NCBI GenBank assembly: GCA_963806715.1
Contig: CAWEAV010000033.1
Location: forward strand, 9,501 to 73,500
Source of the DNA: an uncultured delta proteobacterium
Lineage (GTDB): Bacteria; Desulfobacterota; BSN033; UBA1163
DNA length: 64,000 bases
Direction of reading: 5' to 3'
This document shows, one piece after another, positions 9,202-18,841 of the stretch (its first letter is position 1; each line of letters opens with the position of its first letter). Both the position numbers and the translations under genes were made by a program. The notes beneath the pieces were generated by a model. The model ran no database searches. It saw only the letters and a program-made list of their open reading frames with translations, and had not been told where the DNA came from.

Positions 9202-10416
9202 TCAAAAATTTTCAATCAGCGCAGAGGCAAACTCAGAGGACCTTACCTTCCTGGCCCCCTCCATCTGCCGGGCGAGATCATAGGTCACGATTTTCTGACA
9301 GATCGTCTTCTCAAGGGATTGGATGATCTTCTGGGCCACCTCACCCCACTCTAAGTAGTCAAACATCATCGCGCCCGAGAGCAGAAGTGAACCTGGATTG
9401 ATGATATCCTGATTGGCATACTTGGGCGCTGTTCCATGAGTCGCTTCGAAAACTGCAGCTTGGTCTCCAACGTTTGCGCCTGGGGCCATCCCCAAACCTC
9501 CGACCTGGGCGGCCAGGGCGTCCGAGATGTAATCTCCATTCAGATTGGGCATGGCCAAAACCTCATACCCCTCTGGTCTTAAAAGGATCTGCTGAAACAT
9601 GGCATCTGCGATCCGGTCTTTGATCAATAATTTACCAGGAGGAATTTCGCCTTGCCCTGCCTGGCCCAGTTCACTTTCCAAAATGACTTGACCACGAAAT
9701 TCCTCTTTCGCAAGCTCATATCCCCAGTCCCGGAAGGCCCCCTCTGTAAACTTCATGATATTTCCTTTGTGAACGAAGGTAACACTTTTTCTCTCGTGGG
9801 ACAGGGCATATTGGATGGCCCTTCGAACGAGACGCTTTGTTCCAAACCGACTGATGGGCTTAATACCTATTCCGGAGTCTTCCCGGACTTTTTCCCCCAA
9901 CTCCTTCTCAAGAAAGTCTCTTAATCGCAGGGCCTCTTTTGACTCCGCTTTCCACTCAATCCCTGCATAGACGTCCTCTGTATTCTCCCGGAAGACAACC
10001 ATATCCACCTTCTCCGGATGTTTCAAAGGGCTCGGGGTTCCGGGGAAATACCTCACAGGCCGGATGCAGGCATAAAGATCGAGCCTCTGTCGTAAAAGAA
10101 CATTAATGCTTCGAATTCCTCCGCCCACGGGCGTGGTCAGCGGTCCTTTGATCCCAATTTTATATTCTCGAATCGTCTCGATCGTCTCCTCCGGAGCCCA
10201 TTCCCCCTTCAACTGGAAGGCCCTCTCTCCTGCAAAGGTTTCGAGCCACTCGACTCGCCTTTTGTTTCCATAGCACTTTTCAATAGCGGCATCAAAGACC
10301 CGAACAGAGGCCTTCCAGATATCCGGTCCCACTCCATCTCCCTCGATATAGGGAATGATCGGAACATCCGGTACATGCATCTTTCCGTCGGAACGAATCG
10401 CAATCTTCTCACCCAT
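9202..10416 (-). CDS. icd: NADP-dependent isocitrate dehydrogenase
   Basis: 404 aa with strong ICDH similarity ([51 protein letters not shown]). Confidence 0.9.
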   Translation of the reverse strand: MGEKIAIRSDGKMHVPDVPIIPYIEGDGVGPDIWKASVRVFDAAIEKCYGNKRRVEWLETFAGERAFQLKGEWAPEETIETIREYKIGIKGPLTTPVGGGIRSINVLLRQRLDLYACIRPVRYFPGTPSPLKHPEKVDMVVFRENTEDVYAGIEWKAESKEALRLRDFLEKELGEKVREDSGIGIKPISRFGTKRLVRRAIQYALSHERKSVTFVHKGNIMKFTEGAFRDWGYELAKEEFRGQVILESELGQAGQGEIPPGKLLIKDRIADAMFQQILLRPEGYEVLAMPNLNGDYISDALAAQVGGLGMAPGANVGDQAAVFEATHGTAPKYANQDIINPGSLLLSGAMMFDYLEWGEVAQKIIQSLEKTICQKIVTYDLARQMEGARKVRSSEFASALIENF

Positions 10417-10524
10417 CGTTTTCTCTCCTCAGATGAATTGCAGCAATCTCGTAGGATCGGTCTCTGTACCGACCCAAGGGATAAGCGCACGGCAAGGGTA
10501 TCGCTTAACCCAGATAATGCTTAA

Positions 10525-10713
10525 ATTTTTACTATACGGACGTGGGCAAGCCGTTCGGAAAGGCTTCAGGGCGAACCTTTCGTGAAAGGAATACTTACGT
10601 CCCAGACCCCTGCCGGAGTTCACATTGAGTGGAGTCCCCCCTTCCCTTAAAATGTCAAATCGACCGCCGTCTGAAGCCTTAAAGAGCGGTTTACCCATGG
10701 CCGTTTCTGCACC
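10525..10713 (-). repeat. Copy A of a roughly 200 nt imperfect-palindromic intergenic element (MITE/ERIC-like or structured leader RNA)
   Basis: Reverse complement aligns along nearly its whole length with 26801-27001 (roughly 80% identity by eye, e.g. GGTTCGCCCTGAAGCCTTTCCGAACGG, AAGGCTTCAGA.GGCGGTCGA, GTGAACTCC.GCAGGGGTCTGGG.CGTAAGT). Lies in the 5' leader of icd, same orientation as the gene. Confidence 0.7.
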
Positions 10714-11241
10714 CATTAAAAGGTGGCTTAAGCCATCAATCTCGATTTCATCACATTTCCCTGGTCCATCCATTTGTGATCTCCCTCGTCTTTAAAAATC
10801 ATAGGAAGAACGCTAGGGTTGGTCAGATTTGCCAAGTCAATGCGGGCAAGTGATTTCATGATCACCACTTAAATCGGGGCGAGAAAAGATTTTGAGCAGG
10901 CCAACAGTCACTTCTCACTTTGACAAACAACAATTCATGAGGTGCCTTCGAAAAAAGCCCTCACTCTGAAACCTGCGGAGATCTCAATAATGAGACATCC
11001 CCGAGGATCTGTCTTTATTTCATCCGGATTTCCCCGATAGTTGCTTAATTTTCGCGGACAGGTAGGCTTTCAAACCCTTAAAACGCGGTCTTTTTTGATT
11101 ATTTTCGGGTTCATTCCCAATTTCACCAAAGCGGAAGTCCAGGAAGTATGGAATCTCATCAGTCAATCAACCTGTCATAGGATTCCGCTTTAATGGTTTT
11201 CAGCCCACCTGTCCGCTCTCCATGGGATGGTTTTTGCAACA

Positions 11242-11619
11242 TCAGGGTTTCTTTGCATAATCGACCATACCTTGAAAGTCAACCACCACTACAGGCTCAT
11301 TCCCAACCACCCAGGCATCATGTCCTGACCCGAGCATAGACACATCTCCTGCCTTACAATCTTTTTCTTTACCATCATCCGTCTTCACTCTTAATGTTCC
11401 GGATACATGATACTGAAAGTGAGGAGCTTCACAACTTTTTGTTTTTGCTAACGGTTTGACAGATTCAGACCACTTCCATCCAGGTAGAAATGTTGCCCGT
11501 CCTATTTTCCTCCCATCAATATCTATGATTTCCAATCTTCCTTTATCAAACGTCCTCACCTCATCTGGTGTATTCAAGCTTTTCACTTCCAATCCTGCCT
11601 TTTTTACCATCTTAATCAC
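11242..11619 (-). CDS. Cupin-fold small protein
   Basis: 125 aa; HFQYHVSG...GDVSMLGSGHDAWVV cupin-like motifs. Confidence 0.5.
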   Translation of the reverse strand: MIKMVKKAGLEVKSLNTPDEVRTFDKGRLEIIDIDGRKIGRATFLPGWKWSESVKPLAKTKSCEAPHFQYHVSGTLRVKTDDGKEKDCKAGDVSMLGSGHDAWVVGNEPVVVVDFQGMVDYAKKP

Positions 11620-11871
11620 CTCCTCAACTTGTCGGACTGATATTTACTTCCGACCTTAATATATGCACTCCAAATAAGACTTTCAACAGAAGAGTTACCC
11701 AAACGGTGTGGAGAGGTGTTGGAAAGTTCACTTATTTAGAGAAGGCGGCAGGACATAAAGTGAAGCCCTCAATTTTGCAGGTTGAATGTAGCATTATTGA
11801 CGGCTTTTTGGACAAAAACAGTCACGTATTAGGAGAACGGATAATGGCTGATATATACAATACTGCATGTG

Positions 11872-12111
11872 TCAGAGGATTTCATCAATTTCCTCATCTA
11901 AAAACCCCACAGCTTTCAACCTTTCTCTTCGCAGCCTTTTTTCTTCTTCTTTGGTTCTTCGTGCTCGTCCCGTTTCAGTTATTGTTTCTATCGAAGCGAC
12001 TAAGCAACCCGGTTTTTGAGTATACAAAGATAAAATCGTTATTCCTATCCCAAAAGTTACTCCGAACAAGAATGCTTCAAGAACGCTTGACCTCATTTCT
12101 GTCTCCTCCAC
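11872..12111 (-). CDS. Small hypothetical membrane protein
   Basis: 79 aa; one hydrophobic helix (FLFGVTFGIGITILSLY) then a K/E-rich tail. No recognised family. Confidence 0.3.
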   Translation of the reverse strand: MEETEMRSSVLEAFLFGVTFGIGITILSLYTQKPGCLVASIETITETGRARRTKEEEKRLRRERLKAVGFLDEEIDEIL

Positions 12112-12613
12112 CCCTCAAGACAACAAACCTGATCATCACATAAAAGCACTTCCAAGCATACCATTAGAATTCATGGGATGGTTGGGAAAGAAACCAATCT
12201 CACCCCAGGAGGTGCCCTATGACCGCATTATATGAAGGTCATCTCATGGTATCTCTCCTTGTAGCCATAACTGTAGCACACTATAAGGTAGTCACCTTAT
12301 TCTGTCAAGCCAAACAGGGGTTCAAATTCTCTATTCTTTTGACCCCGGCCCCAGGTGATCTAGGAATGGTCTTAATGACTTGCGGGTCTTCAATGAAGCT
12401 GATGACCCGCATGATTCCTCGACACTTCAGACAGAAGAAGAATGGTTGGAGTTGATCTGCTAAGGGTTGTAGAACGGATGGGACACAAGACGATTCAGGT
12501 CGTGCTGACGGAACCGAAGGCAGGCAGCTAATACCTGCAAGGCCTGAAAGTTCATACGCAAGCCCGCAGGCAGCGCTCCAAACCGGCAAGCAGCCCTATT
12601 TCGCAGGATTGTG

Positions 12614-13858
12614 CTATGGCGCCAGAAAGTAGTTACGGCAGGCCTGGGCCACAGCCTCGCGATCCAGGCAGGGCTCCTTCTGCCGATAGTGAGCTCCCCA
12701 GAGGACCTTTTGCAGGATGTCCCGCGGGTAGCAGGCTCGCAACGACTCCTTGTAATCCTGACCGATCATCTGGATCAGGCTATCCACCACGGCCGCATCG
12801 TACCTGAGGTTGAACTGGAAGCAGACACGCCGGAAGATCGCACGGAACTGTTCGGAAGTGACAAAGTCCACCTTGATCTTGGTCTGGATGCGGCGCAGGA
12901 AAGCTTCGTCCGCCAGCTTGGTGGGATCCAGGTTGGTGGAGAAAATAACGAAGAGGTCGAAGGGTATCTCGATCTTCTTGCCGCCCGCCAGGTTGAGGAA
13001 GTCGATCCGGCGGTCCAAGGGAACCACCCAGCGGTTGAGAAGTTCCTCAGGGCTGATGCGCTGTCGCCCGAAGTCATCTACGATCAGCAGGCCGTTGTTG
13101 GCCTTCATCTGCACCGGTCCGGAATAGAACTTGGTGATGGGGTTAAACTGCAAATCGAGCATCTCGATGGTCAGCTCGCCGCCCACCATCACACGCGGTC
13201 GACGGCACAGTACCCAGCGGCCATCTTGATCTTGGTCTGCAGGCTGCTCCACCCTCTGGTGAAGAACCGAGTCATAAACCGTGATGATCTGGCCGTCCAC
13301 TTCCACCGCGTAAGGAAGCAACACTTGGTCACGATCAAAGAGCCGGGGAAGCGTCTCGGCGATGGAAGTCTTGCCCGTCCCTGTCGGCCCGTAGAGGAAA
13401 ATCGAGTGGCCCGAAAGCACCGCAGTACCAAGCTCGTCCAGAATCTGGGTGTCGAGCACCAGGTGTTCGAAGGCGCGGGTCATCTCCCTGGGGGTGATCA
13501 TAATGCCGCGGACGCTCTGGGCGCGGACGCGGCTGATGTAGTCATCCAGGGATACGGGCGCGGGGCCGGCATACTGGCTCTGGGCCAGCAGTTCCAGCGC
13601 CCGTGACCTTCCCCCTGATGTGGTGGTGATGCGGTGTACGCTCCCGACCATGCCGGTGACTTGACAGAGTTGGTCCTTGCGTAGACGTTGGAACAATTCC
13701 TCCACCATGCCTAAGCTGAGCCCCATGTGGCGGGCCAGTTCGTGAACCGACATCTCACCCACCAGATAGAGGATCTTGAGTGCAAGGTCTTCGAGAAGGT
13801 TTCTGCGAACTCCAATTTCCTTGAAGGACCTGGATACCGAAAGCATTGTGGTTGCCAT
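12614..13858 (-). CDS. AAA+ ATPase with N-terminal winged-HTH-like region (MoxR/AAA_5-like core)
   Basis: 414 aa; Walker A LYGPTGTGKTS, Walker B LLIVDDFGRQ, FVIFSTNLDP sensor region. Gene GC is about 60%, well above the neighbours. Divergent from the ExeA-like gene. Confidence 0.6.
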   Translation of the reverse strand: MATTMLSVSRSFKEIGVRRNLLEDLALKILYLVGEMSVHELARHMGLSLGMVEELFQRLRKDQLCQVTGMVGSVHRITTTSGGRSRALELLAQSQYAGPAPVSLDDYISRVRAQSVRGIMITPREMTRAFEHLVLDTQILDELGTAVLSGHSIFLYGPTGTGKTSIAETLPRLFDRDQVLLPYAVEVDGQIITVYDSVLHQRVEQPADQDQDGRWVLCRRPRVMVGGELTIEMLDLQFNPITKFYSGPVQMKANNGLLIVDDFGRQRISPEELLNRWVVPLDRRIDFLNLAGGKKIEIPFDLFVIFSTNLDPTKLADEAFLRRIQTKIKVDFVTSEQFRAIFRRVCFQFNLRYDAAVVDSLIQMIGQDYKESLRACYPRDILQKVLWGAHYRQKEPCLDREAVAQACRNYFLAP

Positions 13859-14627
13859 AATCGCCAGTTTCTCCTATTTGATAAAAACTCGCTTAACGGT
13901 TTCTTGTTTTCCCCGTGTTGACTGGTCCCTCCTCCTCTCTCCCGCTATCCCGTTTACCCAAGATATTCGACCCCTTACTGGGCAGTGAGGACCAGGACTT
14001 TATTCTCTAAAAAGCATATCTTGACGCATTTTCCCCTGCTTTTACCGAATTTCATGCATAAAAGATACCAAGGACCCAGCATAAATAATAGATAATGAAT
14101 TTCTAATGTCAATTTAGATTATGAAAGGGGTTGGAAATTAGAAAATCTCGGCTAACACGTGTGATATCTTGTCAAGAACTAACAAACATTTTCGTAGATA
14201 GGAAGGGACAATTTGGAGGTGACCTTCCGTCCTTTTACGAAAATTGCTCTATACCGGAGAGTTCCGGCGTTCTTAAATGTTTCATCTGTACAAAATGTCA
14301 CATCCTTCAATACAAATTATTCAATTCATCACATCAAGCCGCTTTCAGAGATGAACCTTGTAGTTCAATTCATTGGCATTTCAATTGCACGAAAATAATC
14401 AAAAATCAATCCATGTGCGACAGCCCCTATAAGACCTAAATTGATGCAGTTGGAGGTTGGAAAACCGCGGGTCCCAATTTTTGAGATAGCCGGTGTATAA
14501 ATTACCAATAAAATGAATGAGGGTTCGATCCAAAATTGAATATAGGTGTTTGTTTAAGAATTGAGACTTTCTTCTGCGACTGAGCGATTCATAATATTCA
14601 TTTTGTATGGTGATGAACAGGTGACAC

Positions 14628-16091
14628 GTGTATAAAAAATTTTATGGTTTCTCAGAGAAGCCTTTTGAAGTCACACCGGATCCAAAGTTTCTTTATTTCA
14701 CTTCCAGCCACCGGGATGCACTGGCTGCTGTGTTTGACGCCATAACAAATCGAAAAAGATTCATCTCCCTCATAATAGGAGAAGCAGGAACTGGCAAAAC
14801 GACCCTGATTCATTTTTTACTTGGTAGGCTTGACCCGAAAGTGAAGACAGCTTTTATCTGTCACCCTCCAATCACTTTTAGAGATCTACTGAGAAATATA
14901 TTTCTGGAATTAGGCTTTAACGTTGTGGAGGAAAACAATAAGGTTCTTTTGATTCAACTGAATGAATATTTGGAGGAACTTGCCGTAGGTCAGACTCTGG
15001 CGGTGATCATTGATGAAGCCCAGAATCTTCCAGAAGAAGTTATAGCGGAACTGGGACGGCTTGAGGAGAGGATTGCCCTAACATCAAGTAGACTTCAGAT
15101 CATCTTCGTGGGACAACCTGAGTTTGAAGCCAAACTCAATTCTCCAATTTTGAGGGAACTCAACCAGAGGATAGAGATAAAGTGTCAAATCAGAGCCTTC
15201 ACTGAGGAAGAGTCAAGAGCCTATATTAATCATCGACTCAAATTGGTTGGAAGCAGTAGTTCTGAGGCACTCACCCCAAATGCTCTTTCAACGATTCTCA
15301 TCCATGCCAAAGGAATCCCACGAGCAATCAACATTCTTTGTGACAGGGCCTTTCTGATTGGCTACGGTTTATCCAGAAAACGGATCGACGCAGAGATTAT
15401 TGGGAAAGCAATTAACGAGATGGAAAGTCCAATCCTGCCGAAATCAATCCCTACGAAGATCGTTCCGGCGCTCAAGGGCACTCACTGGAAGTTCCTCAGA
15501 CTCAATTTTCCTCAAAGGAGGATTTCCTTTGCCATTCTATCTATACTCTGCCTGGGAGCATCCCTTCTTCTGATCTATGGATTCCTGCAGCAAAAACCCA
15601 CAAAGACCGGAAGTATTGAATCCATAACAAATCGCCGTATAGGTACATTAGAGGAGGTGATAGCCGTTGAGAATGGGCAAACCATTTCTTCTCTGTCGCA
15701 GAAATATTACCGCATGACGAATCCAACCCTTCTTGCCTTCATCCTAGATTTCAATCCTGAGATTACCAATGCCGACCTCATTCAGGTGAACCAGAAAATT
15801 AAGATACCCAGGATCACAAAAGATTGGCTGGTGTTTCAATCTCCTGATCGTGTCTACAAAATTCATGTTGGAACTTTTTCGACTCTTGACTTTGTCAAAC
15901 CTTACAAGAATGAACCCCTATTAAAAGGAAAGAAAATAGAAGTCCTTCCCCGGAAAGTATCCCCTCAGGACACATGGTATCGAGTCGTAGTTGGAAATTT
16001 TGATCATAAGGATGAGGCTTTGAAAATGATAGATCTTCTTAAAGAAAAAAGGCTGTTACCCCTTTTCGGAGATATTCCTAAGATCGAGTGA
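14628..16091 (+). CDS. ExeA/GspA-like AAA ATPase (AAA_22) with TM segment, LysM-like and C-terminal SPOR domains
   Basis: 487 aa; IIGEAGTGKTTL, IIDEAQNL, a TM helix (ISFAILSILCLGASLLLIYGF), a LysM-like segment (GTLEEVIAVENGQTISSLSQKYY) and a SPOR-like end (YKIHVGTFST...WYRVVVGNFDHKDEA). Confidence 0.7.
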   Translation: MYKKFYGFSEKPFEVTPDPKFLYFTSSHRDALAAVFDAITNRKRFISLIIGEAGTGKTTLIHFLLGRLDPKVKTAFICHPPITFRDLLRNIFLELGFNVVEENNKVLLIQLNEYLEELAVGQTLAVIIDEAQNLPEEVIAELGRLEERIALTSSRLQIIFVGQPEFEAKLNSPILRELNQRIEIKCQIRAFTEEESRAYINHRLKLVGSSSSEALTPNALSTILIHAKGIPRAINILCDRAFLIGYGLSRKRIDAEIIGKAINEMESPILPKSIPTKIVPALKGTHWKFLRLNFPQRRISFAILSILCLGASLLLIYGFLQQKPTKTGSIESITNRRIGTLEEVIAVENGQTISSLSQKYYRMTNPTLLAFILDFNPEITNADLIQVNQKIKIPRITKDWLVFQSPDRVYKIHVGTFSTLDFVKPYKNEPLLKGKKIEVLPRKVSPQDTWYRVVVGNFDHKDEALKMIDLLKEKRLLPLFGDIPKIE

Positions 16092-16365
16092 GACGACCTA
16101 ACCACGAAATCAGGGCCATCAACATTTTTGAACAAGTTATGTCACAAATTCCCCGCAATTTGTCCCATCCCCAAAGGTAGTTTCTTTAAGCCAATTGAGA
16201 TCTTCTTAAAGAAAAAAGGCTGTTACCCCTTTTCGGAGATATTCCTAAGATCGAGTGAGATGATGAAATCGGGACCATCACATAGTTGGACAAAGTTATG
16301 TCACAATTCCCTCGCAATCTGTCCCATCCCCAAACGTAGTTTCTTTAACCCAATTGATTGGCTGT
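16032..16365 (+). repeat. Tandem direct duplication (2 x about 167 bp) spanning the last 58 nt of the ExeA-like gene plus downstream sequence
   Basis: Unit 1 is 16032-16198 and unit 2 is 16199-16365. The first 62 nt are identical (GATCTTCTTAAAGAAAAAAGGCTGTTACCCCTTTTCGGAGATATTCCTAAGATCGAGTGAGA); the remainder is about 80% identical. Confidence 0.8.
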
Positions 16366-16536
16366 CCCGGTCTTCCGGGTCGAGGATACCGAAGGAGAAC
16401 CACTCGATTACCAAAAGACAGAGCTCGACAATGATCCGGATGGTGGAGGAAATACAGCCACTACTCTTGGATTGATCCTTCTTGCGCTTCTAATTCACAA
16501 GAAACTGGCAAAGAAATGAAAGATGAAGGAGGGATT

Positions 16537-16857
16537 ATGACTGAAATCCATGAAGCAGGTAACAGGGAAAAGGCTATAGAGTCAGGATTCAGGGCTCTCT
16601 TCAGAAGCGTTAACCTGTTTGGATGTGAAGCGACCCTGGACCTGATGGTAAGGCTGGCTCATAAAGACCCTGTCATGAATCAATTACTATACTTATTTCC
16701 GGGAACAGTCGTGATGAGAGATTTCCTGTCCAGAATTCCTGTCATCCGTGTGGCTAATCCGAAAAACTTAAAAACTCGGAAGAAAGCTTGGCAGAGGGAG
16801 GTGATGACACAAAATGATAATCAAGGATGTACCTTTAATGGACGTGCCTTAAAATGA
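16537..16857 (+). CDS. Hypothetical protein
   Basis: ORF 16516-16857; probable start at MTEIHEAG with a GGAGGG RBS. No recognisable domain. Confidence 0.3.
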   Translation: MTEIHEAGNREKAIESGFRALFRSVNLFGCEATLDLMVRLAHKDPVMNQLLYLFPGTVVMRDFLSRIPVIRVANPKNLKTRKKAWQREVMTQNDNQGCTFNGRALK

Positions 16858-17049
16858 TGCGGAGGGGTTAGAATCTCCGATCCCCATTGACACTGCTATC
16901 CACCTGGCGGCCTGAGACCAAGAAAATCGACATGCGAGTGGTGCTCTCCATCAAACAGTGTAAAATGAGAAAGTAAAAAAAAGCCATTCAGTCGGAGGTA
17001 GGTTCCAGCAATCTTTTCCGGACAATTCATATCAATCCCCTATGATTAG

Positions 17050-17720
17050 CTAATTCGAACCCAGTGCTTTCATGGCAGCGGTCATGGGGTCGCCGTAGAA
17101 AACTGGGTCAACTTTTTCCACGATATCCGCTGACACCTCAAGGAAGTTTCGTTTGTTTTCCAGCGGGATGAGGGCACGGCGAGCGCCATTTTCCATCGCC
17201 ATCTGCAAGGGTTCAATCAATGTATGGACAGATTTTATGTTGCCCTGAATGCTTAAGTCTCCCAAAATTACCAATCCAGGAGCGACAGGAGCCTTGCGAA
17301 GGGCCGAGCCATCGCAACAACGAAGGCGATTCCAGCTTCGCACGTGATTCGGTTTGCCAGTAAATCGATTACCTCCACATGCAAGTCAGTTGTATCCAGA
17401 ACGCTCGCTATGCCCATCTGGACCTTATGACCCTGGAGAAAGCCAAAAGCACGGTTGAGGCATTCCCTAATCGAGGAATCGATTCCTCCGGCCATTTTCA
17501 GTTTGCCTGTGCCAGATGATGTGCCAACCTCGATACGGTAAATTCCGACCTTTCCCTCGGAGCTCACTCGATGCAGCATAATCTGACCCTGGAGCGCACG
17601 TAGGGCCAACCTTCGGATGAACGCTGAGTAGGCTTTCTGCGGGTCATACCAAACCACCAGGCCGTGATCGTCGATTTGCCTGGAAATCAAAGCCGCGAGA
17701 TAGTCTGAGACCTTACCCAT
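17050..17720 (-). CDS. Standalone Lon-protease-like S16 peptidase domain protein (frame broken near 17268-17343, probably a sequencing indel)
   Basis: The two overlapping ORFs together match the Lon C-terminal proteolytic domain (GKVGIYRIEVGTSSGTGKLKMAG; ITCEAGIAFVVAMA aligns to PKDGPSAGIAM; LVILGDLSIQGNIKSVHTLIEP aligns to [22 protein letters not shown]). The catalytic Ser position appears to be Glu (CEAG); the Lys is retained. No ATPase domain. Confidence 0.55.
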
Positions 17721-17800
17721 TTTTGCTGCCTGTTAAAAGTTGTAAATTCCCTGTTTGAAACTGAGTCAACTTTTGACTAAGATTGAGGAAAGGGGTTAGT

Positions 17801-17862
17801 AAAAATACTACAAAAGAAGGTCCCCCTCTCCCCTCAATCCTTTCCCACGGTGGGGAGAGGGG
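17801..17862 (-). terminator. Rho-independent terminator downstream of the DUF3307 gene
   Basis: Perfect 11 bp stem CCCCTCTCCCC/GGGGAGAGGGG (17823-17833 / 17852-17862). On the minus strand it is followed by UUCUUUUGUAGUAUUUUU. Confidence 0.6.
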
Positions 17863-17886
17863 ATATTTAGGAGAAATAATGTTCAT

Positions 17887-18660
17887 TCAGACCATATCCA
17901 GGAAGAATTTCGTTGAATACGCGATGAACATACCGTAGCCAAAACTCATCAATGTACCGATAATGATGTACTCAGCTTCCATCCGGTTCTGTTGATCTTT
18001 AATCTCCCCGAATCGAAGAATCGATTTCGCTGCAATCAAGAAACCAATGCCGCCCGGTTGTCCTGTCAGAATGAACAGGAAGATCAAGCTCCTCTCAAGG
18101 TATCCGATGAGCTTTCCTCCATTTTCGAATCCCCGGGCTGTGGTTACTCCCTCTTTTGTCGTTTGTTCCCCAATCTTCTGTAACTCGTCTATAAAAGGCT
18201 TTACAGCCAAACCAATGAGGATGCCTCCTGCTTTGATAGCAACCGTCAGACCAGATATCAGAATGAGAAATTCCAGGAAACCCCTCCCGAGCAGGTCCAC
18301 CCAGAATGTTGATGAACTATTTAGTGGAATAATCTTCGTGTTGACAATCAAAATGGTGATAGCGCTTATGACGGCGAGATGCACCGCCTGGTCCAGGATA
18401 AATGAATAGACACTCTCTTTCTTTAACGTGACCTTAATGTAATCCGTCAGACCATGTGTAAGAAATATGACGAGGGGAACTTGCCAGAGGCTCCAGATTC
18501 CGCAAAGTACGTAACCTGAAGCAACGACGATGAAGGCATGTTTCAAAAGTATACGAGCCCTTCTCTTCCTTGATGCATCTGCATCGGACTGAAAGATGAA
18601 GTCACCCAGGAAATGGGCCGCCAAAAGACAAATCAGAATTTCTTTCGCAGCTTCACTCAT
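17887..18660 (-). CDS. DUF3307-like (SatE-like) polytopic membrane protein with HxxxDxxxQ motif
   Basis: 257 aa, about 7 predicted TM helices, N-terminal AHFLGDFIFQSD motif. Family assignment is from memory of DUF3307/SatE. Sits immediately 3' of the SatD-like gene. Confidence 0.5.
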   Translation of the reverse strand: MSEAAKEILICLLAAHFLGDFIFQSDADASRKRRARILLKHAFIVVASGYVLCGIWSLWQVPLVIFLTHGLTDYIKVTLKKESVYSFILDQAVHLAVISAITILIVNTKIIPLNSSSTFWVDLLGRGFLEFLILISGLTVAIKAGGILIGLAVKPFIDELQKIGEQTTKEGVTTARGFENGGKLIGYLERSLIFLFILTGQPGGIGFLIAAKSILRFGEIKDQQNRMEAEYIIIGTLMSFGYGMFIAYSTKFFLDMV

Positions 18661-18841
18661 TTGGTGCGCCTGACCTCCAGCCCGTCACAGCTTGTTGAAG
18701 CTGTAATGGGCGTTTACAGCCTGCTGGGGCTGTGTGTTTAGGATGGCACCCCATCCTCCTTCATCGAGGGAAGAGGAGCGTGGTCTCTTACGGGTCCCGG
18801 AGACCCGATCGCCATAAAAACAGCCCTCAGAGGCTGTAAAT

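Noticed and set aside
10429-10773. 114 aa ORF and its look-alike 81 aa ORF (26730-26975)
   Set aside because: Both lie wholly inside the two copies of the palindromic repeat. Their protein similarity just mirrors nucleotide similarity of a non-coding element.
12611-13606. 331 aa ORF antisense to the AAA+ ATPase gene
   Set aside because: GC-rich shadow ORF; no domain; the minus-strand gene has clear Walker motifs.
16128-16475. 115 aa ORF with an internally repeated peptide
   Set aside because: It spans the 167 bp tandem duplication; the repeat peptide is an artefact of the duplicated DNA.
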